Assembly: GCA_040081625.1 (NCBI GenBank)
Contig: JBEBGD010000040.1
Coordinates: 1-43,047, forward strand
Direction of reading: 5' to 3'
From: Chthoniobacteraceae bacterium
GTDB lineage: Bacteria > Verrucomicrobiota > Verrucomicrobiia > Chthoniobacterales > Chthoniobacteraceae
Length of the DNA: 43,047 nucleotides
Part shown: positions 9,228 through 19,541 of the stretch, in pieces
Layout: each line of letters opens with the position of its first letter
Numbering within the stretch: the first letter of the stretch is position 1
Made by a program: the position numbers and the translations under genes
Notes under the pieces: model-generated
What the model saw: the letters and a program-made list of their open reading frames with translations, nothing else
Told to the model about the DNA's origin: nothing
Database searches by the model: none

Positions 9228-10640
9228 ATGCCAGAAACCCGTTCCGAAAAAGACTCCATGGGCTCCATGGAAGTGCCCGCCGACGCGCTCTACGGAGCGT
9301 CCACGCAGCGCGCCGTGCTCAACTTCCCCGTCAGCGGCTACCGATTCGGTCGCGAGTTCATCCGCGCGCTCGGCATGATCAAGTGGGCCGCCGCGGAGGC
9401 GAACTTCGAGCTCGGCCGGCTCGACGAGGAGAAGACCACGCTCATCGCGAAAGCCGCGCGCGAGATCATGGAGGGAAAGCACGACGCGCAGTTTCCGATC
9501 GACATTTTCCAGACCGGCAGCGGCACCTCGACGAACATGAACATCAACGAGGTGATCGCGAACCGCTGCTCGCAGCTCGCCGGTCAACCGCTCGGCAGCC
9601 GGCGTCCGGTTCACCCGAACGACCACGTGAACATGGGCCAGTCGAGCAACGACGTGATCCCGACCGCGATCCACGTCGCCGTCGGCGAGCGGCTGCGAAA
9701 GTTCGTCGCGCCCGCGCTCGATCAACTGCACTCGGCATTGGAAAAGAAGGCGTTCGAGTTTTGGGACATCATCAAGATCGGCCGCACGCACCTCATGGAC
9801 GCGACGCCCGTGCGGCTCGGGCAGGAGTTCGGCGGCTACGCGAGGCAGATCGAATACGGCAGGCTGCGCGCGGGCAACGCGATCGCGGCGATCGAGGAAC
9901 TGCCCATCGGCGGCACCGCGGTCGGCACCGGCCTCAACGCGCACCCGGACTTCGCCGGCATCGTCGTGCGGCATCTCGAAAACCAGACCGGCATCGCTTG
10001 GCGCGAGGCGCGCAATCACTTCGAGGCGCAGGCCGCGAAGGACGCGCTCGTGCAGGCGAGCGGACAGCTCAAGACGATCGCTGTCTCCCTTTTCAAGATC
10101 TCCAACGACATCCGCTGGCTCGGCAGCGGTCCGCGCTGCGGCATCGGCGAGCTGCTTCTGCCCGAGACGCAGCCGGGCAGCTCCATCATGCCGGGCAAGG
10201 TGAACCCGGTGATCTGCGAGAGCGTCATGCAGGTCTGCGCGCGCGTTTTCGGCAACGACGCGACGGTCACGTGGGCCGCGGCGAACGGAAACTTCGAACT
10301 CAACGTGATGATGCCGGTGCTCGCGCACGCGATGCTCGAGAGCTGCCGCCTCATCGCGAATGTCTGCGACGTCTTCCGCGAAAAGTGCATCGAGGGCTTG
10401 CAGGCCAACAAGGAGCGCTGCGCCGAACTGGTTGAGTATTCGATGGCGATGGTCACGAGCCTCGCGCCGATCATCGGCTACGATAAAGCCGCCGAGATCG
10501 CCAAGATGAGCGCGAAGACCGGACGCACGGTCCGCGAGCTCTGCCGCGAAATGAACGTGCTGCCCGAGGCTGAGCTGGCCAAGGCGCTCGATCCGGTCGC
10601 GATGACCAAGCCCGGCGGCGAAGGCAGCGCCGGCGGCTAG
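9228..10640 (+). CDS. fumC: Class II fumarate hydratase
   Basis: FQTGSGTSTNMNINEVI, HPNDHVNMGQSSND, KIGRTHLMDATP and the signature GSSIMPGKVNP. Confidence 0.95.
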   Translation: MPETRSEKDSMGSMEVPADALYGASTQRAVLNFPVSGYRFGREFIRALGMIKWAAAEANFELGRLDEEKTTLIAKAAREIMEGKHDAQFPIDIFQTGSGTSTNMNINEVIANRCSQLAGQPLGSRRPVHPNDHVNMGQSSNDVIPTAIHVAVGERLRKFVAPALDQLHSALEKKAFEFWDIIKIGRTHLMDATPVRLGQEFGGYARQIEYGRLRAGNAIAAIEELPIGGTAVGTGLNAHPDFAGIVVRHLENQTGIAWREARNHFEAQAAKDALVQASGQLKTIAVSLFKISNDIRWLGSGPRCGIGELLLPETQPGSSIMPGKVNPVICESVMQVCARVFGNDATVTWAAANGNFELNVMMPVLAHAMLESCRLIANVCDVFREKCIEGLQANKERCAELVEYSMAMVTSLAPIIGYDKAAEIAKMSAKTGRTVRELCREMNVLPEAELAKALDPVAMTKPGGEGSAGG

Positions 10641-10643
10641 CGA

Positions 10644-13600
10644 TCACCGGGCCGGCGGCGCGACTTCGCGCACGAGAGCCCCGTGATTTTCGCTCAGCAC
10701 CAGCACCGAGAGCCGCTCGACCTGGTCGAGTTCGCCGGGCCGCAGCATCTGCGTGTCGAGACTGCCCTCTCCGCCGCCGCCGCTGCCCGGGATTGGAACA
10801 AGCGCCACCGCGTCGCTGCTATTCAGGCTCGCGTAGTCGAACTTCCCGCGCAGGTCCGTGTAACCATCCTTGAAGAAGCGCACGGTCCCGCCGCGCAGTC
10901 GCGCATAGACTTTCACGTAAGCCTTCGCGACCGGTTTCGCCGCCGGGTCGCGCAGCTCGATGCGGCCGTAATTCTCGGCGAGCGTGAGCGCCAGCGTGTT
11001 GGCGTGATACGTCTGCGCCTTGCGCTGGCCGGCGCCCACGATCTCGACTAGCACGTTGGCCTTCGCGAACTCCGCCGGCAGCGCCACGTCGAGCGCGTCC
11101 TTTTCCGCCGGCAGCGGAAGCCGCACGCTCTGCGTCGGCTTGATGATCGATGAGCGTCCCGCATCCGCGCTCACGAACGGATTGCTGCTGAAGCTGAACT
11201 CCGGGTCGATCAGGTAGTAGTTCAGCGTCACCTCGCCGAGGTTCCTCCACGTCAGCGCGATGGTGCGGTTCTCGACTTTGAAGTCGAACGTCGGGTCCTT
11301 GCTCGCGAGGCCGGTCGTGTCGCGTTCGCGATCGGGCTGCGTGCCGTCCTGCTTCACGACACCGGCTTTTCCCTCGATCTCGTCGAGCTGCACGAGCACC
11401 TCGCGAAACAGATTCCGCCAACGCTCGACGGGATGCTCCGAGTGCTGGTTGGCGATTCCGCGCGCGGCGGCGACGTCGCTTTCGTAGAGAGCCGCATAGC
11501 AGCGGAAGTAGTCGTGCTGAAGCCGCGTCGGCAGTGCGGCGGCGTCGATCGTCTTGAACCTTGCGAGCGCTTCGTCCACGCGGTCTTGCAGGAAGAGAAA
11601 GCCGGTCACGCTCAGCGAGTCGTTTGCATCGAGCGCGGGCTTGTGTGCGAGCTGGGTGAGGAGCGTGCGATATTGTCCGAGCACGACGTTGTTCGCAATG
11701 CGCTGCTCCGCACCGAGCCGGTGCACGCGCTGATTGATCAGCGGCGAATACTCCAGGTGCTCGAAGCTGCGGCGCTCGGTCGGATCGAACCGGACGAGTT
11801 TGCTGTCGAACCATGCGCCGCACAGAGCCGGCAACTCATCGCGATGGCGCAGCCACTCGCGCAGTGTGGCGGTATCGCGCTGCTCGACCGCGTAGCTGTA
11901 GATCGTCGCGTCGAAGCGATGCCGCGCGCCGAGCAACGCCACGAGCCGGCGGAAAAAGTCCGCGCTCTGGCGGCAGCGCCAGGCGATGCGGGTGAGATCG
12001 ATCCGCTCGACGTTGTTCTGGTCGAGGTAGGTGAACACGTTCGCTTCGCTTCCGTTCTGCGACACGAAATCCCACGAGGCCTTGTCCACCTGCGTGAGCC
12101 GCGCGACGACGGGAAAGGAGAATGCCTTCGCCGCGCCGACGATTCTCTCATCGCTCGCCACATGGACCGGGTAGTGCGGGAACTTCGCGCCAGTCGCCTC
12201 GGGCGCTGGAAAGTAGAACGCATACTCGAAGCTCTGCGTCGTGAATGGTTCGAGGCGGATGCGCCGGCTCTCGGTCGCCTTTGCGCCGAGCACCGGCAAC
12301 GCGCCGCGCGGGATTTGCAGGAGCAGTTCGAGCTTTTGCGGCGACGACGATGGATTTGTCACGACCACGTTCGCGCCATACACCGCGCCCGCGAGGAACT
12401 CGTCGGTCACGTATTTGTCGAACTTCTCATTGCCTTCCTGGCGGTAGCGGTCGCCGTGGCGGTAGAAGTTTTGCGACACGAGCAGCTCGGTCTGCCCATC
12501 CGCCGGCGCCGCTGGCAGGATCTCCTTGTGCACCACGACGAGCGGCCCGCCCGCGGTGAGCGTGAAGCGCGTGCCTTCGGTTTTGGTGACGTGCTTCGGC
12601 GCGTCGAACGGCAGATCGAGCACGGCGAGCGCGAGCATCATCTCGGCGAAGTTGCGGTGGGCCTCGGCGAAGTGCGCGGAGAGGAACGGCGCCTTCGCCC
12701 CGTCGGCGATCCACGCCGCGAAGTCCCGCCAGAACACATTCACCGGGATCAACTCCGGACCCTGCTGCTCGATCGCCAGGTGGTAGTAGTTGTTCTCAGC
12801 CCATTCCTTTGTCGGACCGAGCTTGCGGTAGTAGGCCTGTGCCTTCGCCTGCGCGCGCTGGAGTTCGGCTTCGCCGACCGCGACGATGCGGAAGGCAAAA
12901 GCATCGGCCTCGCCGAGCGTGACGTCCTTGCCCGCTTTCAGGCCATTTATCTCGCGCTTCGCTTCCATCGGCATCGTGGTGTCAGCGAGATTGGCCATCT
13001 TTCGCGCTGCGAGGCTTGAGGCCGGCGCGGGCGTCGGAGCACTTGCCGGTCTTGGCGCCGAATGCGCCTCGAGCCTGCCAGCGGCATCGGCGGTTCGCTG
13101 CATCAGTTCGACCGCAGCGCCTGCCCGCACGCCTTCCTCCATCGCGCGACCGCGGAGCGCCGTCTCGAACCAGCGGTTGAGTTCCGCGGTCTTCGGGGGC
13201 ACGAGTTCCCAGCGCTCGCGCAGATGCCGCGCGACGTTTGCAGATTCCGCCGCGAGCCGTGCGGCGAGCAGCGCGCGCTCGGCGGCGTTGAGTTGACCGA
13301 AGCGCCATGGCTCGAGATACCGGCGCAGATCAACGGCGAGCAGGTAGTCGTCGAGGAAGGTCTTGTCCTTCTTGTTGCGCAGATACGGCAGCACGATTTT
13401 CGCGAAGAAGTCCGGATCTTTTCGGGCGAGGAAGACGTTCAGTTCGTGGCAGGCAAACTCGCCATACTTCGCGCGCTTCTCCTCATCCTTGAGCCGCGGC
13501 CATTCGAGCACCCACGCAAACTTCGCGAGCGTCGCATCGCTGCTCAGCGTCCGGTAAAGCGCGAAGACCGATGCGAGGGAATCGTAGGTTTCCAACTCGC

Positions 13601-16600
13601 TCGTCCGTCCGTCCTCGAGCGTGAGCGTCTGCCCCTGCGTCAGCGCGCTGAAGCGCTTCTTCTCCGCGAACGGTTTCGCCGGGTCGAGGTTCCGCGCAAG
13701 CCGGAGGTCGCGAAGCTGCGCGGGCGCTTCCGGCAGCGCGATCTGCCGCCAGTCTGCGTCGCGCAGGTCGGTCGCGAGCACTTGCACGAGCGGACGATCC
13801 CCGAGTTTCGCCCGATCGATCCGAACCACGCCGTTTGCATCCGGGACGAGGTCGGTAAGCACGGGCGCGACGTTGGCGAGGAAGTCGAGATTGGTGCCGC
13901 CCTCGGGTGCCAGGGCGAGCGCTGCCGCAAGCGCTGGCATTGGGTTCGCCGGAGCCTTGTCCTTGGACATGGCGCCGCGTCCGCCCGCGGTTCCGGGCGC
14001 GGGTTGCGTGCCCTTCTGGTCGAGCGCGCGTTGGTCGGTGCTTCGCTTCTCCCATGGATTAAGCAGCAGGCCCGGCCGCGCGAGCATGTTGCCGGGGAAC
14101 TTCAGCGCGTAGCGCCGATCGAGGATGTAGCGATACTCGTCGCCGATATCGCGCCCCGCCGCGAAGAGGTTTGGGTTCCGCGCTGGGCGCTCCTCGGCGC
14201 TGCTGAAACGGGTGAAGCCGCCGAGCGTGATCAGGCTCGTGTCGGGATTCACGTATCTCGTCGCCGCGACGTGAACGCGCGTGAACGTGTTTGCGTTGGC
14301 GACGGTGACGACGATTTCCGTCCCGCCAGTCTCGATGCTCGCGATCCGCAGCGGCTTCGCGGGGGGAAGCTCGAGGGAACGCGCAGGCCCGAACACCCAA
14401 CCGCGTGCCGTGTCCCCGGCGGTCACTTTCAGCGCCACGTTCCGACCCTCGTCGGGCAGCAGCAGCGAGTAGTCGCCGGGCGGCAATCCGGCGACGCTGA
14501 CGTGGGGCGCGCGGCCGTCGTTGTGCAGCGCCAGGCGACTGCTCAGGTCCGCGGTGTATCCGCTTGCCCGAGTCTCGAGCAGCGCCGCGCGATTTCCCAA
14601 TGCGGGCCGCTCCAGCGGAATCTCTAAGGGGCGATTCGCGACGACGTGAATCGTCCCGTCATGCGCGCGCCATGCATCGTCGAGAGGCCACTGCAGCTTC
14701 CGCTCGTCCGGCAGGTGAACGAGCACCGCCGCCATCTGCGGCAGTGCGCCGAGCGCGACTCGCCCACGCTCGTCCGTCCGCAGAGGGACGTGGACGGGAT
14801 GCGAGAAGTGCTCGTGGGTGAATGCAAAGACCACCTGCCGGTCGGCGACGCTCTCGGCGTTTTTTCCGAGCAACTCGAAGACGTAGCCTCCATCAGCGCG
14901 GACGAGGTGACCGTCGAAGGTCGAGTCCGTGCGATCGATGCCGTTGAGTTGCCATTGCTGCGAGGCATCGAGCGGCATCTTCGCGTTCCCGGCGCTGAGT
15001 TGCTCGACTTGTGCGCTGAGCGTAGCGCTCACACTCGCGAGACGCTCAGGCACGGGAAAGCGATGGGTGAAGAGCGCGGTGGCGTCGAGCTTGAGATCCT
15101 TCACTTCGCGGGTCGTCTCGATCCCTTCGAGCGTTCGCGTCGTGAGCGTGAGCCTCGGTTGATGCAGCAACGAGAGAGGCAGCACCGCCTCGTGCAGACG
15201 CAACGCGACGCGGATCGACAGCGTCGCCTCGCGCCCCGCGAGAAGCTGCTCGCGCTCGATGTGAAACTGCGTGTCGAGGGCGTAGGACTCCGCGTGATGC
15301 TCGAACTCGGTGAGCGTCGCGAAGGTGCCGCTGGCGTCGGAGACGATCACCGGTTTGCGTCCGGGCTGCGCGGTGAAGGGGACGAGCGAGGCGCCGGTCT
15401 TTGCGTCGGGCGTGAGCTTCCGTCCGTCGAGCCACACCGCCGCATCCGGCACGGGCGCGTGATTCTCGTCGAGCACAGTGAGCAGGTCGCCGGCGGCGCC
15501 GGTCTGTTGCACGACGCTCCACTGGCCCTTCCGGACGAGCGCGCGACTCGACCTTCCACCGCCGATGAACTCAACGATCCACGCGCCGCGCCGGCCCTTC
15601 AGCTCAGGGAACTTGAACGTGCGGCGCACGCGGCGCAGCGGCGGCTCTGCGAACTCGTGCGTCGTCTCCGCGTTCGCGACGAGACCGTCGAGCGGCAGAT
15701 CGGTGTTGAGCTGGCGCTTGTTGGTGAGGAAGTAGTTGAGCGCATTCAGCTCATAGACTTTCACGATCAGCTTCGGCGCATTCTTCACCTCGAGATCTAG
15801 GCTTACGTCGTCGGCGGGCGGCGAGAACTGCGGGTTGGTGGGCAGGAAATCGAGATCGACGCGATCGCTCAGCCGCTGGAAGTCGGCGGGCGTGAGCAAC
15901 GAGGCGAGTTGCTCCGCGTTGCCGAGCCCGCGCACGAGCAGCGCCTCGGCGTAGACCGGCCGCAGCCACGTGTCGCGCACCCACTCGGCGAAACTCTCCC
16001 AACCGGCCTGCGGCTTGGCGGCGAAGCGGTGCAGGAAAAACTCGCGCACGAGCGGCTCGTCATTGCCGATGGGCGGGAAGACGAGCGCGGCTTCGTCGAA
16101 GCGCGCGTTAAGGTCGCACCACGTCGTGTTCGCGTTTTGCAACCGCTCGATCCAGCGCGGCGCGACGTAGTGCGTCTGGCGCGGGAGCTTGAGGTATTCG
16201 GTGAAGCGCGCCTCGTCGTAGATGCCCTCCTTCCGGTCGTGATCGAGGCGGCGATAGAGCAGTGCGGCCTTGAGCGAGTTGAATGCGGCTGGGAGCGACT
16301 TCGCGTAAGTCCACGTCCGCTCCAGCCACGCCTCGCGCGCCGCGGCGTCGAACTCCACGTCCTCCTCCGCGCTCGGAGCGAGATGGCGCAGGCGGGCGAA
16401 GACGAAAGCCTGCTCGCTCGCGAGCTGCGGGCGCAGCTTCACGAGCTGATCGAGCTGCGCGGGCAACAGCAGCCGGTGAATGGGATGCTCGCCGAAGCCG
16501 CGGCTTTCCTGTGTCGCGAGATCGGCGGCGATCAGTTCGAGCAGCCCCGGCACATTCGGTCGCTCGATGCGCGAGAGCAGCGCGCGACGTTGTGCGGGAC

Positions 16601-17105
16601 GCAGCGGGGCCTTGTCCACGACGAGCCGCGCGAGCGCCTCGCCGCTGCACTTGCCGAGGTCGTCGTCGCTCAACGCCGCACGCACGAAGACTTCGCGCGC
16701 GATCCGTTCCGGGTCGAGTTGCGTGGGCAGGTTCGGCTTTGCGTCCGGCTGTTCGCGCACATGGTTGAAGTGCAGTTGAAAATGGTTCCGCAGAAACGTG
16801 AGCGTGCGCTGCGGGTCGCCGTCGTAGGCGAGCAGCGCCTCGCGGTTCTCGATCACCCGGCGCTGCGCCGAGCCGGGGTTGCGCTTTCTCCACTGGTCGA
16901 GGATCGCGGCGAGCTTCGTGGGCTGTTTGCTGTTCTGAAAATGGAGCGCGTGGAAGAAGTAGTAGTCCTCGGTGCCGGGGACGAGTTCGGTGAGGACGCT
17001 CTCGCGGTCCGGCGCGAGGGCGAATCGTTCGATGAAGCCGATCTCGTTCTCTGCTCGCAGGAGCGAGGCGGCGGCGATGAGCGGGAGGAGGATGCGCGGG
17101 TTCAT
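10644..17105 (-). CDS. Giant (2153 aa) secreted hypothetical protein
   Basis: Uninterrupted 6.4 kb ORF with protein-like composition and a Sec signal (MNPRILLPLIAAASLLRA). It has alternating helical and beta-rich regions, and I recognise no catalytic motif. Confidence 0.85.
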   Translation of the reverse strand: MNPRILLPLIAAASLLRAENEIGFIERFALAPDRESVLTELVPGTEDYYFFHALHFQNSKQPTKLAAILDQWRKRNPGSAQRRVIENREALLAYDGDPQRTLTFLRNHFQLHFNHVREQPDAKPNLPTQLDPERIAREVFVRAALSDDDLGKCSGEALARLVVDKAPLRPAQRRALLSRIERPNVPGLLELIAADLATQESRGFGEHPIHRLLLPAQLDQLVKLRPQLASEQAFVFARLRHLAPSAEEDVEFDAAAREAWLERTWTYAKSLPAAFNSLKAALLYRRLDHDRKEGIYDEARFTEYLKLPRQTHYVAPRWIERLQNANTTWCDLNARFDEAALVFPPIGNDEPLVREFFLHRFAAKPQAGWESFAEWVRDTWLRPVYAEALLVRGLGNAEQLASLLTPADFQRLSDRVDLDFLPTNPQFSPPADDVSLDLEVKNAPKLIVKVYELNALNYFLTNKRQLNTDLPLDGLVANAETTHEFAEPPLRRVRRTFKFPELKGRRGAWIVEFIGGGRSSRALVRKGQWSVVQQTGAAGDLLTVLDENHAPVPDAAVWLDGRKLTPDAKTGASLVPFTAQPGRKPVIVSDASGTFATLTEFEHHAESYALDTQFHIEREQLLAGREATLSIRVALRLHEAVLPLSLLHQPRLTLTTRTLEGIETTREVKDLKLDATALFTHRFPVPERLASVSATLSAQVEQLSAGNAKMPLDASQQWQLNGIDRTDSTFDGHLVRADGGYVFELLGKNAESVADRQVVFAFTHEHFSHPVHVPLRTDERGRVALGALPQMAAVLVHLPDERKLQWPLDDAWRAHDGTIHVVANRPLEIPLERPALGNRAALLETRASGYTADLSSRLALHNDGRAPHVSVAGLPPGDYSLLLPDEGRNVALKVTAGDTARGWVFGPARSLELPPAKPLRIASIETGGTEIVVTVANANTFTRVHVAATRYVNPDTSLITLGGFTRFSSAEERPARNPNLFAAGRDIGDEYRYILDRRYALKFPGNMLARPGLLLNPWEKRSTDQRALDQKGTQPAPGTAGGRGAMSKDKAPANPMPALAAALALAPEGGTNLDFLANVAPVLTDLVPDANGVVRIDRAKLGDRPLVQVLATDLRDADWRQIALPEAPAQLRDLRLARNLDPAKPFAEKKRFSALTQGQTLTLEDGRTSELETYDSLASVFALYRTLSSDATLAKFAWVLEWPRLKDEEKRAKYGEFACHELNVFLARKDPDFFAKIVLPYLRNKKDKTFLDDYLLAVDLRRYLEPWRFGQLNAAERALLAARLAAESANVARHLRERWELVPPKTAELNRWFETALRGRAMEEGVRAGAAVELMQRTADAAGRLEAHSAPRPASAPTPAPASSLAARKMANLADTTMPMEAKREINGLKAGKDVTLGEADAFAFRIVAVGEAELQRAQAKAQAYYRKLGPTKEWAENNYYHLAIEQQGPELIPVNVFWRDFAAWIADGAKAPFLSAHFAEAHRNFAEMMLALAVLDLPFDAPKHVTKTEGTRFTLTAGGPLVVVHKEILPAAPADGQTELLVSQNFYRHGDRYRQEGNEKFDKYVTDEFLAGAVYGANVVVTNPSSSPQKLELLLQIPRGALPVLGAKATESRRIRLEPFTTQSFEYAFYFPAPEATGAKFPHYPVHVASDERIVGAAKAFSFPVVARLTQVDKASWDFVSQNGSEANVFTYLDQNNVERIDLTRIAWRCRQSADFFRRLVALLGARHRFDATIYSYAVEQRDTATLREWLRHRDELPALCGAWFDSKLVRFDPTERRSFEHLEYSPLINQRVHRLGAEQRIANNVVLGQYRTLLTQLAHKPALDANDSLSVTGFLFLQDRVDEALARFKTIDAAALPTRLQHDYFRCYAALYESDVAAARGIANQHSEHPVERWRNLFREVLVQLDEIEGKAGVVKQDGTQPDRERDTTGLASKDPTFDFKVENRTIALTWRNLGEVTLNYYLIDPEFSFSSNPFVSADAGRSSIIKPTQSVRLPLPAEKDALDVALPAEFAKANVLVEIVGAGQRKAQTYHANTLALTLAENYGRIELRDPAAKPVAKAYVKVYARLRGGTVRFFKDGYTDLRGKFDYASLNSSDAVALVPIPGSGGGGEGSLDTQMLRPGELDQVERLSVLVLSENHGALVREVAPPAR

Positions 17106-17189
17106 GGCGTGACGATGCTCCGACTCACAGTGGCGCGAGGCAACGCAGCGGTTGCAAAAGAATTGTCACGCGAGTCGGCGTGGCGAACC

Positions 17190-19475
17190 TCAGCGGCCAA
17201 CGGTCGCAGCCGCGGGCAGGACCGGGATCGCGAGCAGCCGTGTCGCTTCCTCGAGCAGCCACTTCGCATCGTTGAACGGCTGATACGAAATGTTCTGCCA
17301 GCGCACGTAGCCCGCGGCGTCGATGAGGAAGGCGCCGTGCAGCGGCATCGACTCGAAGTCGTCGAATGCGCGATAGGCGCGGAAGGCATCGAGCGAGTGG
17401 TCGCTTGCGATCTTGAACGAGAAGCCCGCCTTGTCCTTCGCGCTCTCGAAGGTCTTCGCGAGCCCCGCGGTCGAGTCGGTGCTCACGGCGATGATCTCGA
17501 TGCCGGCGTCGGTGTAGGCTTTGGCGAGCGGGGCGAAAGTGTTGAGCTGCGTCATGCAGCCGGCGCAGCCTGCACCGAGGTAGAAGACGACGAGCACCGG
17601 TTTGCCGCGCCGGCTTTGCAACGAGACTGGCTGCAGATCGCGATCGGTGAGCGTGAAATCCGGCGCGACATACGGGCGCCAGCGGAAGGGGCCGAGGTCG
17701 GCGAGTTGCGGGCGCTCGCCGGCATCGCGTGAGACGGTCCGCGGAACGCGCCAGTCTTTCGGCAGATTCAGTTGCTCGGCGATCGGCGCGAGCCGGGCGA
17801 AGGCGGGCGCATCGAGATCGAGGTCGGCGCTGCGCTCGCGCAATTGCTGGAAAGTCTTGCGCGCGTCATCGGTCTTGCCCGCCTGCGCGAGGATGTGGGC
17901 GAGCAACGCATACGGCAGCACCTGTCCGGCGTCCGCCTTGATCAGGTCCCGCGCGAGTTGCTCAGCCTTTGCATGATCGCCGAGCGCGAGATGGATGCGT
18001 GCGAGCCGGCGCGACGGCAAATCCTTCGCCTTCGGCAACTGCTCGCGGACGTCGGCGAGATTTCCGCTGGCGAGCGCGCGAGTGATCTTCAAGTCGGCGA
18101 TTGCGTTCTCGAGGCCCGGGACGCGGCTTGCGGGTTTCTTCGCGGCGGGCTTCGGCTTGGCGCCCGGCTCGGGCTTCTCGACTTTTGCGGGCTTTTGTTC
18201 CTCCGGCTTTTTTTCCTGGGGCTTCGCATCCGCTGGTTTCGCTTTCTCATCAGCCCGGACCTTCGTGAGTTGCTGCTCGAGCGCCGCGAGTTTCTCGTCA
18301 CCGCGTGTGGTGTCGCCCTTGGAATACCACGCGACTCCGAGGGCGCGCAGGCGGTCCGCCTCGCGCGGTGCGTCGGGGTCGGGCGCGAGGAAGGGCGTGG
18401 CTTCGAGCATGGTGAGTTCTTCCCAAAGCTCGAAGGTGACGCCGAACTCGAGAAGGCGGTCGCGGCCCATGCGCCAGCCTTGCTGCTTGCCTGAACCGAG
18501 GCGCGGAAGCTCGATGAGGTTTTTCGCGAGGTCGATCGCATCGTGAACGCGACCGACGTAGGCGAGATCCTTCACCAGCCAGTCGTTGTTGTGTGCGTAG
18601 TTGTGGATCTGCTCCGGCATGACCCGTGCCGCCGCGATGTAGGCGTGATCGACGCGTGCGCTGGCTTCCTGCTGCCACGCGGCGTCGGCGTAGCGCTTGA
18701 GTTCGGAGAAGGTGTGGCCGCTCATGTGCCAGAGATGCGCGATGGCCGGCGCGCTCTGCCCGCACCGCGCGGCGCTGGCGAGGGCGCGCGGGTCCTTCCC
18801 TCCCTTGTTCCAGAGATGGATCAGATAGTGGTGGATGCCGGGGTGCATCGGCGCCTTATCGAGCACCGACTGAGCGAGCGCTTCGACGGCCAGGCGGCTT
18901 TGGAGCGGCACGCCGTGGCGTCCGTTTTCCCAGAGCTGCACGATGTAGAAAGCGCGCGCCTCGATGTCGTCGGGGAAGCTGTGGATCAGCTCCTCGAACG
19001 CCTTGGCCAGCGCTTCGCGCCGCGCTTTCTCGTCCTTCTTCAAGTCAGCGTAATAGGCCGACCACATGTCGATCCATCGCTGCTCCCGCGGGCTGGCCTT
19101 GTCGCGGCGCTTGGTCGCTTCGTTGACGAATCCGGCCGCGCGCTTCTCGTTGTTCACGTTCGCCATCGCCATGCCGCAGTAGGCCATCGCGCAGTCCGGG
19201 TCGAGATACGCCACCTGGCGGAACGAGCGCTCCGCCTCGAAATATGCAAATCCGTGGAGTTGCGTGACGCCCTGATTGAAGAACTTCTGCGCGTCCGGGC
19301 TTTTCGTCGTCACGGCGAATTGCACGCTGCTCGCGCCGGGGATGAGCGTGGCCGATTGCCGCGGCCCCTCGTTGAATGCCTCGCCGTGTGCCGAGTGGCC
19401 GGGCGTCGGCGCATCTTCGGCGCGCAGTGGCGCGAGCAGGAGAGCAGCGAGTGAGAGGCGGGCGAGGGCGTTCAC
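17190..19475 (-). CDS. Secreted TPR-repeat protein with a C-terminal AhpC/TSA redoxin domain
   Basis: Likely GTG start at 19475 giving a signal peptide (alternative ATG 19526). TPR-like region AQKFFNQGV...EAERSFRQVAYLDPDCAMAY and HPGIHHYLIH. C-terminal APDFTL...VVFYLGAGCAGC...AFLID. Confidence 0.82.
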   Translation of the reverse strand: MNALARLSLAALLLAPLRAEDAPTPGHSAHGEAFNEGPRQSATLIPGASSVQFAVTTKSPDAQKFFNQGVTQLHGFAYFEAERSFRQVAYLDPDCAMAYCGMAMANVNNEKRAAGFVNEATKRRDKASPREQRWIDMWSAYYADLKKDEKARREALAKAFEELIHSFPDDIEARAFYIVQLWENGRHGVPLQSRLAVEALAQSVLDKAPMHPGIHHYLIHLWNKGGKDPRALASAARCGQSAPAIAHLWHMSGHTFSELKRYADAAWQQEASARVDHAYIAAARVMPEQIHNYAHNNDWLVKDLAYVGRVHDAIDLAKNLIELPRLGSGKQQGWRMGRDRLLEFGVTFELWEELTMLEATPFLAPDPDAPREADRLRALGVAWYSKGDTTRGDEKLAALEQQLTKVRADEKAKPADAKPQEKKPEEQKPAKVEKPEPGAKPKPAAKKPASRVPGLENAIADLKITRALASGNLADVREQLPKAKDLPSRRLARIHLALGDHAKAEQLARDLIKADAGQVLPYALLAHILAQAGKTDDARKTFQQLRERSADLDLDAPAFARLAPIAEQLNLPKDWRVPRTVSRDAGERPQLADLGPFRWRPYVAPDFTLTDRDLQPVSLQSRRGKPVLVVFYLGAGCAGCMTQLNTFAPLAKAYTDAGIEIIAVSTDSTAGLAKTFESAKDKAGFSFKIASDHSLDAFRAYRAFDDFESMPLHGAFLIDAAGYVRWQNISYQPFNDAKWLLEEATRLLAIPVLPAAATVGR

Positions 19476-19541
19476 GGGACGGGAGAGTGCGCGAAGATCG
19501 CCCGCGATGCACGCGGACTCGCTCATACTTTTGAGCGGGCG

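Noticed and set aside
18130..18260. Repetitive low-complexity DNA
   Set aside because: It encodes the Lys/Pro/Glu linker (KPADAKPQEKKPEEQKPAK) of the TPR-redoxin protein and is not an independent repeat.
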